Source: Selaginella moellendorffii
Taxonomy: Eukaryota > Plantae > Lycopodiophyta
Assembly: GCF_000143415.4 (NCBI RefSeq)
Contig: NW_003314262.1
Location: 6,013,531 to 6,077,530 of the forward strand
Length of the DNA stretch: 64,000 nt
Direction of reading: 5' to 3'
Shown here: positions 51,801-59,868 of the stretch, piece after piece
How positions within the stretch are numbered: position 1 is the first letter of the stretch
Layout of the letters: each line of letters begins with the position of its first letter
Translations under genes and position numbers: made by a program
Notes under the pieces: model-generated
What the model was told of the DNA's origin: nothing
The model's database searches: none
Seen by the model: the letters and a program-made list of their open reading frames with translations, nothing else

Positions 51801-52636
51801 GACGCTCCTTCCTGTAAATCAATGGGACAATCATAAGGCCGATGAACAGGCAGTACACTAGCTTTTTTCTTGTCAAACACATCCCTAAAATCATGATACT
51901 TCTCAGGAAGACTGACAGGAAAAACATGCAAAGCAAAAAGAAAAAGAGGTTCTTCATGAAGGAGTTCTTTCATAGTGATTGTGGAGATAGGAGGAGGTGT
52001 ACGACTAAATGGAATGATGAGACGAGGATACGGTCCAGTGTAAGATGGAAGAGAGGAAAAAGAAGAGGGTGAAAACTTTATAGAGTCAGGAACAAAACCC
52101 CAATTTGAGTTTAGGGAACTTTTCCTGATTCGGACTCGATGAATAGTAGGGGAAGCCGTGGGAGAGATGAGCTGTAATTCCTTCCAACTGATTTGAGGCT
52201 GATGTAGTTGGAACCAAGGAAGACCGAGCACCACAGAGGAGGACTTGCTGTTGATGATGTTGAAGGTGATATCGGTGACGGTGGACCCGATGTGTACTTG
52301 AACGGGCAACGTTTCCCTAAGTCCAGAAGATGGAGACACAAAATGCCCGCCGATGCCTTCAACCCTCAAATCCCGTATGGTAGGAGAAAGAGGAACGTGA
52401 TGTCGGGCAGCAAAGTCCGTGTCCATGAAGCAGGAAGTTGCACCCGAGTCCAGTAACGCCAGAGCCTTGAGTCCTGATTGTCCGGTGAAAGAAAGGAGAC
52501 ATGGGACGCGGAAGTTGCGGGAATTGGTGGTGGCTTTGATGAAAGGTGGTGAGGAGCTTGATAAAGAAGAAAAGTGATTTTTATTCGGGGAGTCCAAACA
52601 AACAGCTCCTACTCTGTTTGGATAGGGTCGTTTCCC
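48878..52636 (-). pseudogene. pol: Pol (PR-RT-RNaseH-IN-chromodomain) in the -1 frame, with one premature stop
   Basis: LLDSGA, YLDD, HHCC, SDRGPQF, HPQTDGQSER, YEVQNILD..YLVDWKGY..TWEP. The two track ORFs are in the same frame, separated by TAG at 49808-49810. Confidence 0.95.
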
Positions 52637-53580
52637 GACTGCAATAGAGGTGGACTTTGAGGCAGAGTGAACTCGAGCAGTCGAGGAGGCTTCTTGGGAC
52701 ATACAGCTGCTTTGTGATTAGGATCAGCACAATAGAGGCAAAGATTATGAGATATTCGACATTGCTTCTCAGCAGGACTCAACTTCCCTCTAATGAGTCG
52801 GGGAGTACCAGAAATATCCATCGGAACCGGAGCAGTAGGTTCAGGAGTATGCCCCGAAGACTCAAGCTGGGATTCCTGAGTCTGGGACGGAAAAACAGCG
52901 GCGCGGCGACTTTCCTGACGACGTTCAAAGAGACGATTGTCACATCGAACAGCTTTGTTGATGGCATCCGACAGGTCCTTGGGATCCTCCATGGTGAGCA
53001 ATAAATCCTTGACACCGTTGTTGAGGCCGAAACGAAATTGGTCAATCAGGGCCCGCTCATCCCATTGAGTGTCCAAAGCAAGGAGTTGGAACTCTGCAGC
53101 ATAGATCGAGGCAGGACGAGACCCCTGAGAGAGACGTCTCATCTTTGTGGTAGCAGCCCGAACTCGATCCGTCTCGCCAAAACATGCTTCGAGCTTCTCT
53201 TTGAACAATTGAAGATCCATCAGTTCTGGAACCACGACCCCTTTCATGCTCTTCTCCAAAAGAGGAGAAAACCATGACAAAGTTGCACCTTCGAGCAACG
53301 TCCCAATCGCGCCGATTTGAGACTCAGGAGTAGGGTACCGCCGATGTTGAAGTGCGAAGATCAACTCCATCTGGTTCAGGAATCCGCAAAGCTCCGAACG
53401 CTTGCCTGAAAATTTCGCTGGGAAGCTCACCTTCGGTTCAGGAACTTTGCTGGATCCTTGAGCCGAAAGTGAAGCAAGCTCCTGCTGCATGCGAAGAAGG
53501 GTTGCCTTCAGCTCGGTATTCTCAGACTGGATTTTTGCAAGGACTTCAGCAAAGAAATCAGGATGGCTTGGAGACTCCAT
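52609..53580 (-). CDS. gag: Gag polyprotein
   Basis: PAKFSG, LEGATLSW, LSQGSRPASIYAAEF, QFRFGL; zinc knuckle CLYCADPNHKAAVC. Confidence 0.95.
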   Translation of the reverse strand: MESPSHPDFFAEVLAKIQSENTELKATLLRMQQELASLSAQGSSKVPEPKVSFPAKFSGKRSELCGFLNQMELIFALQHRRYPTPESQIGAIGTLLEGATLSWFSPLLEKSMKGVVVPELMDLQLFKEKLEACFGETDRVRAATTKMRRLSQGSRPASIYAAEFQLLALDTQWDERALIDQFRFGLNNGVKDLLLTMEDPKDLSDAINKAVRCDNRLFERRQESRRAAVFPSQTQESQLESSGHTPEPTAPVPMDISGTPRLIRGKLSPAEKQCRISHNLCLYCADPNHKAAVCPKKPPRLLEFTLPQSPPLLQSGNDPIQTE

Positions 53581-55079
53581 TGGCAAGAAGAAAGAAAAAA
53601 GGGGGAAAAAAAGGCAAAGGTAATCAAACAATCAAAACGAGCTAAATCAAAAAACGAAAAAGCACAATCTGAATCAAACTGTCAAGACCCCTGACAAGAT
53701 CAAGACTGGAAAATGCAAAAAGACAAAGAGAAAAGCTAGTGGAAACAAAGAAGAGGCCTTAGACTGGCGTTGATTCAGATTGTGGAGAAATGGAACAAGG
53801 CTAACCTATATATACTATAGGTTGATGAAGCTCCACCACTCTTGGATCGAGGACGGCCTAAATATAGCTGAGGTCGAGGAGGCGCCACATCATCATCAGG
53901 AATGTGGCTCGAGACTCAGGAATCGGGAAGTGTCTTGAGAGTCAGGAATAGGGAAGTGTCTCGAGAGTCAGGAATGTGGTTTGCAGGTCAGGAATCCGGC
54001 GAGAGTCAAGAATGTGGCAAGAATTGGGGGATTCCTGACAGTTAGAAATTTAAAGCTTTGAAGCTCACCAAATAATACATTCAATTAAGTTTTTCCACTT
54101 TAATAATGAAGTGACTACAACATGATTGCCTTCTAACAATGTTTAAAACCCATGCAAGTACACATTAAACTTTTTAAAACCCTGCTAGACACTCCTCTAT
54201 TGTAAAGTAGTTCACCTCTATTAATTATAATATATAACTGATATATATAGTGGGTTGATGTTAACTAAACACATTCATACTTTCTTGCATCAACAGTTCT
54301 CTAATATCAATATTAGAAACATCAATGCACAAATGAAATATTAAGTATAGTTAGGATATGCCAAATTTGGAGGAGTTATAAATACCTCTTGAGATCCATA
54401 AATGCCCATTTGTAAGCTTTAGACCATATAAAAAATGATATTCATAACTTCATTAATACTCATAATGGTGTAGTATAGTTAAAAAAATGATCAACAAAAT
54501 GATTAAGGTATTACATTTTGTCAAGGAAGTATTACATATTATTTACAATTCTTTGAAATATGCTAAAGGTAATTGTCGACTTCATAGATAATCCATTGAG
54601 AAGGGGTATAGGAAAAACACATCCATATTTACAAAGTGTTGGATCAATAGTAAGAAGTTTGTTTAAAGTGAAGTAGTTAAAGTATGTATTACTCTTAAGT
54701 GTTTATCCATCATTTGTTGAAAAGCCACTAAAATATTATTTAAACTGAATAACGTCACAAAAAACTCATAAAATCCAACTTGGTAAATGAATAACTAACA
54801 AGTTCACAAGGGCATTCAAGAACGAGGCATTTTATGTTTTGACATCTTGGTTAGGGACATATCACACTTTCATAAGTTGTTATTATCCATAGATGGATGA
54901 TTTGATGAAACAACTTATTTAGATATTCAAAGGGATGATCACAAGGATCATGAACTTTTAACATTCAAATTAGGATAGTTATTTGTTATATCTTTAGTAT
55001 ACACATATTACAAAGGTATAGAGTTTATTGAGCACTTCCCATATACAAATGGGATAATAATAGTACCACAATTCTCATT

Positions 55080-55475
55080 TGTAAGCAACCAAAGAGAATG
55101 ATTTAAGAAACGATCTATTAAAGTTTCAAATATAAAAGCAAAGGACCCATAAACGAAAGTGCATCCCCTTTTTTATCAAATAAAAGGTTTTAGGGGTAAA
55201 CGTCTTTGGGTTTGAATGGTACGGGGGGGGGTGTCCCCTCGCGAAGTTTAAACTTAGAAACTTACATTTGGTATCAGAGAAGTATCGGGTTCAACTTTAT
55301 TAGTTTGTTTAGGGGAATTGCATCATATGTTAATTAACATCTAGCAGATCCAATTTGCTTTGGCTAGGCTCGACCTAAAGGGTAAAGTCTTAGGATATTT
55401 GGGGTTAAGTGTCTTTGGGTTTGAATAATACTGAGTTGGGTGACATATCGGGAAGTCTAAACTCAAGAGTTTACA
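55080..55475 (+). mobile_element. TRIM with 5S rRNA-like domains in both terminal repeats (Cassandra-like)
   Basis: TGTAAG..CTTACA LTR at 55080-55266; tRNA-iMet PBS TGGTATCAGAG at 55269-55279; second repeat ends TTTACA at 55475; TSD TCATT/TCATC; 5S-like blocks at 55195-55247 and 55404-55456. Confidence 0.8.
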
Positions 55476-55585
55476 TCATCATTATCCAATTATAAAATAT
55501 AAAGTAAATGATTTGTTTTCAATGGAAAAAATTGTATTGAGTGTTGCAACAAGTTGGACCATAGTTTCATATGTTATTCAATAGG

Positions 55586-55588
<3 letters not shown>

Positions 55589-55675
<87 letters not shown>
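55589..55675. repeat. (AT)43 microsatellite
   Basis: Read directly from the sequence. Confidence 0.97.
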
Positions 55676-55678
<3 letters not shown>

Positions 55679-56399
55679 GTTAAAGTGCTTTATACAAAAT
55701 GATCAAAACAAGTTGTAATACCTATGAATGCCCTCCTAATGGTCCTCCAAATCTTGAACTATGCTATATATTATTATTAGCATAATGGAATTTTTATAAC
55801 TATTGAATTGGTTTCAACTTGGACCATGTAGAGTTTTTAGGTTAATTGAATAAATTTCATTAAGAATTTTGGTTTAGATAAATAATAATACCTTTAATAT
55901 TGTTTTAAATTTATATAACTTTTTCTAGAGAGAATATAATTATACTATATAATTTTTTATAAATATACATTCCACTAAAGTTTTGTCTAAAGAACTATTC
56001 TTTTCATATGGTGCCACTTGATCTCTTCCTGTGTAAGGGCTGCAACATAAGTAAGTATACAAGTAGGTAAGTCTTTGGGAATGTTAAAGTGACAATGTGG
56101 GGATCTAAGCATAAAGTCCTTGCTATTCATGTACCTGTGGCTTAATATAAAGGTAAACCCAAAGCACTCAGGCTGAGAACAAACCTTAAGATATATAAAC
56201 CTTTATTGAAAATATCCTTAAATATGCTTGGATGTTCTAGATTAAGGAGTTTAGCCAGAGATGCAGGTACCATCAGGAAAATGAGAGAAATGAGCACTTC
56301 AACTGCAAAATCAAGAGAGCATTTTGCAAGTACACAGTAGATCCAGATCAAGAACAACTTGCAATGAGGCACTGCTTGGCCAGATTAAACACCAGAAAA

Positions 56400-57010
56400 G
56401 AGAGAGAAAAATTATCTCAGTATGTACTTTTTGATCCTCACGCCTTTCAAGATCATGTCTTGAAACAGGCCAAGCAATTTGCAGCTCACAGCTGTGGTGA
56501 TCGTGGCAGTCACGTGGCACCCTCGAGCAAATGAACTTGGCCATTGGAAACAGTGATGCAGATCAGCACATCACATTTTTCTCTGGAGCAGAATTAAATC
56601 CTGCTTTCTCCTCGTGGTGCAGATGCCCTTTCTGGGCATTTGCTGATAGCATGGCAGGATCGTGTCCCTTTTGTGCAAAGGAACTTTGCTATAGACTTCT
56701 TGGTCTTGGTTAATATTCCCTACTTTTGTGATCCATGTGATGAGCATACATAAGGTAAACACATGTGTCCAGACTTGAAATCAGTCCACAGTCATTAACA
56801 ACGATTTGGATCATAGCATTGAAATGCCTTCTTCTTTTCAAAACACTCAAGTGCATCCATTCGTGACAAATGCTACAGCCATGTCATTCCCTTATCTACT
56901 GGAATATTGAAAATGCATGATCAACATCTCCAATGCAACCATCAGTTGTAGTCCACAACGCGATATTTGCGCACGGCATGGCTTCAAATATCACTTCTGT
57001 GGGAGATGAT
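56400..57010 (-). pseudogene. Degenerate PPR relic
   Basis: IFEAMPCANIALWT, AMLSANAQKGHL and FNSAPEKNVMC scattered among stops and frameshifts. Confidence 0.6.
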
Positions 57011-57646
57011 AAATTCCATGTCAATTTTGGATCGTCCAACCGAAAATAAGTTCGCCACCTTTTTCTTTCTTTTCCATTTTCCATTAAGTGTTGTTCTGTT
57101 TCTTTCTAGTCTTTTGGATCGAAGAAGACTCGTCAAAGCAAGAATCAGCAGCCAGTGTTGTAACCCACAACAGTGGAGCAAATAAAGAGTGACAAGGACC
57201 CTCGGCGGTCAACCGTCAGAGGAACTGCCATTTACTTTGGAAACTTTTTTAAACTCATCTTTCTAGTTGCAAGAGCATTTTTCTAGAACGAACACAACAG
57301 ATATTCTTGCAGAGGCCAAGCAGCAGCATGCAGTTGCAGAAACTTAAAAATGCGAACTGCCATAGCTGTGCGTCGAGTAATCACGCCAGTTGGGTTCCAA
57401 ATCCAACACCCAAACGTTGTTGCGTTGCATGCACCGCTGCTAAGTACGAACCTCACAAGAACATATCATAAGAACTCTGATATGATATTAGGAGAGCAAC
57501 AGGAGCACAATTATCACTTCATTTCAAGTCCCTTATTCACGAGTATGTAAACTTGGACTGCAGCTGCGCTCCTTTTCCCTGACAGCAGCAACAAGTCGTA
57601 AAAAAGAAAAACTTATCCAAAGATTATAACCTTTGAACGTTGAAGC

Positions 57647-57868
57647 TCAAGGGCAGCACTGAGGGAGGAGTCGTTTCACCAAGGGGATGCGGCAAGCGCA
57701 AGTGGGCAAGCGACTGCAGCACTCGGCGATTTTGGTTGGATCGCCCATAGCGTTGTTGATGCAAGTCACAATGTCCTGGAGATTGGGTAGGGAGCACTGC
57801 GCGCGAGCAAGCGTTGCAACCATGGCGAGCACCAGGAGCATGAGCAGCACAGACTTCGCAAAAGCCAT
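57647..57868 (-). CDS. Small secreted 8-Cys protein, prolamin/nsLTP superfamily-like (73 aa)
   Basis: 23-aa signal peptide; C-x10-C-x13-CC-x5-CxC-x11-CC; TATATAA about 90 bp upstream. Confidence 0.8.
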   Translation of the reverse strand: MAFAKSVLLMLLVLAMVATLARAQCSLPNLQDIVTCINNAMGDPTKIAECCSRLPTCACRIPLVKRLLPQCCP

Positions 57869-58200
57869 GGATGGGATTCGAGAGAAAGATGGACGCAACA
57901 AAGATGAAGATATAAGAGAAGATGATGGCTTGGCTTGCTGGGATGGAGGCTTGCCGCTTATATACACCCCCGCAAATGAAATAAAACTCTCTTGTCTGTG
58001 ATGTCACAGAGGGGGCCATAGATCTTCGTTCCCGGGTCAGCGTTTGTGTAAGTAACGCTTCCCCGCGTCTTACAAAACGGGCTTGGTTTTTGTTTGGCAT
58101 CGCGATCAATTTCAATGCTTGCATTCACGTGTTTGCTTTCCCAACTCGACGTCGAATGTGATCGGTGGTGCAAGCGTGCAAAGATCCAGGAAGAATTTCC

Positions 58201-59868
58201 ATGGATGCTGTCGAGCTTGTGAGGTCGTGCTCGAGCCTGGCCGCGGCAAGGGACTTGCACGATCGGATTCGCACCTCTCGCAGCCGCACGGACACTTATG
58301 TTCTCCGGAAGCTCGTCGAATTGTACGGGAAGCTCGGGGCGCTGAAAGATGCCGAGGATGTCTTTGACACCATCCAGCCCAAGGATTCTTTCTCGTGTAA
58401 CTACATGATCTCGGCATATGCCCGAAACGGGAATCTTTACAAGGCGAGGATGCTGTTTGAGGAGATGCCGAAGAGGACGCTGGTGTCGTGGAGTGTGGTG
58501 TTAACGGCATATTCGCGGGCAGGGAAACTGGAAGATGCAAAGATTTTGTTCGAAATGATGCCACATTGGGATGTTATCTGCTGGACAGCTTTGCTGGAGG
58601 GATATGCCCGAACAGGGCATCTGGAGGACGCCGAGAGGATTTTCGACGAGATGCCGGAAAGAGATTCCGTGTGCTGGACGTCCATGCTTGGGGCATATGC
58701 CGAGAAGGGGCATTTACAAAAGTCTAAGAGAATGTTTGACAGCATGCCCTCCAGAGATCTCGTTGCATGGACTTGTATGCTCTCTGTATATGCTCATGCG
58801 GGAAAAGCTGACACGGCTACTGAAATCTTTGAGAGGATGCCCGAGTGGAACCTCGTTTCGTGGACATTGATGCTTTGGGCATATGCTCGGTCTGGGAATC
58901 TCCAAAAGGCAATGCAAACGTTTGACAACATGCCCGAAGCGAACTTGGTCTCTTGGAATTGCATTATCAACGCGTGTGCCGAAAGCAAGGACGTTAACAG
59001 CGCGAAGAATCTTTTTGATAGCATGCCCGTGTGGGATCTCGTCACGCTCACCTCCATGCTAACTGCATATGCTCATACTGGGCATTATAAAGATGCCATG
59101 AATCTTTTTCAAAACATGCCAGAGAAAGATCTCATATCCTGGAACACAGCCTTAGCAGCTTGCGTTGAGAACAATCAACTCGAAGAGGCGAAGTTCCTGT
59201 TTGACACAATGCCACAGTTGGACATAACTTCCTGGACTGTGGTGCTTTCGGCATATTCCTTAGCTGGGCATCTGCAAAATGCCAAGTTAATGTTCGATGC
59301 CATGCCAGTTCAGGACCTTGTCTCGTGGAACTGTCTCCTGAGCGGATATGCCGAGGGTGGTCACGTGTCACATGCGGAGAGGCTGTTCAGCCGGATCCCA
59401 TGCCGCGACCTGGTAACGTGGACTGCCATGCTTGGTGCTTATTGTAGGAATTGGCGTCCCAAGAAAGTTTTGTATGTTTTTTCGCTGATGCAAATGTTTG
59501 ATTTTCCAGATCAGGTGTGTTTTGCATCGGTGTTGAGCTCTTGCAGCCATTTAGGTAGAGTTTACGATGGAAGATCATATTTTGTCTCCATGGGTTTTGA
59601 TTTCGGAGTGAAGGCGACAAAGCAGCATTATTGTTGCATGGTTGACTTGCTCTGTAGGACGGGATACTTGGAAGATGCTAAGAATCTTCTTGTGAACATG
59701 CCATTTACAGCCAGTGCTGTTGACTGGACGAGCTTGCTTGGGGCTTCTAAGACAGCAAGAAATTTGGAGCACGGAGTTAGGGCGGCTAAACAAGCTGTTG
59801 AGTGTGATCCTCAAGAGAGTGTACCTTATGTGTTGCTAGGAAACATAATTGAAAGTCCTAGTCTTTGA
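58201..59868 (+). CDS. PLS-E class PPR protein with a long run of 31-aa short motifs
   Basis: About 11 tandem F..MP..(D/N)(L/V)..W..(M/L)L.AY...G repeats, then LSSCSHLG, HYCCMVDLLCRTG and an E domain ending PYVLLGNI. Confidence 0.94.
   Translation: MDAVELVRSCSSLAAARDLHDRIRTSRSRTDTYVLRKLVELYGKLGALKDAEDVFDTIQPKDSFSCNYMISAYARNGNLYKARMLFEEMPKRTLVSWSVVLTAYSRAGKLEDAKILFEMMPHWDVICWTALLEGYARTGHLEDAERIFDEMPERDSVCWTSMLGAYAEKGHLQKSKRMFDSMPSRDLVAWTCMLSVYAHAGKADTATEIFERMPEWNLVSWTLMLWAYARSGNLQKAMQTFDNMPEANLVSWNCIINACAESKDVNSAKNLFDSMPVWDLVTLTSMLTAYAHTGHYKDAMNLFQNMPEKDLISWNTALAACVENNQLEEAKFLFDTMPQLDITSWTVVLSAYSLAGHLQNAKLMFDAMPVQDLVSWNCLLSGYAEGGHVSHAERLFSRIPCRDLVTWTAMLGAYCRNWRPKKVLYVFSLMQMFDFPDQVCFASVLSSCSHLGRVYDGRSYFVSMGFDFGVKATKQHYCCMVDLLCRTGYLEDAKNLLVNMPFTASAVDWTSLLGASKTARNLEHGVRAAKQAVECDPQESVPYVLLGNIIESPSL

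Larger units (their letters stand above)
48506..54040 (-). mobile_element. Full-length chromovirus (Ty3/gypsy, Tcn1/Tf1-sushi-like) LTR retrotransposon
   Basis: 361-bp LTRs at 48506-48866 and 53680-54040 with 5 substitutions; TSD GTTAT/GTTAG; PPT at 48867-48880; order gag-PR-RT-RH-INT-chromodomain. Confidence 0.98.
47107..55850. mobile_element. Old gypsy family, copy 3, rearranged and hosting two nested insertions
   Basis: LTR and gag relic (+) from 47107. RNase H/RT-end relic (-) at 48230-48505 and 54041-54550 matches 28250-28980. Integrase and LTR relic (+) at ~54800-55850 matches 31600-32480. Confidence 0.75.

Noticed and set aside
55195-55456. Calling the 5S-like blocks rRNA genes
   Set aside because: Only the ~53-nt internal promoter region is present, diverged and embedded in LTR-like repeats; there is no full-length 5S gene.
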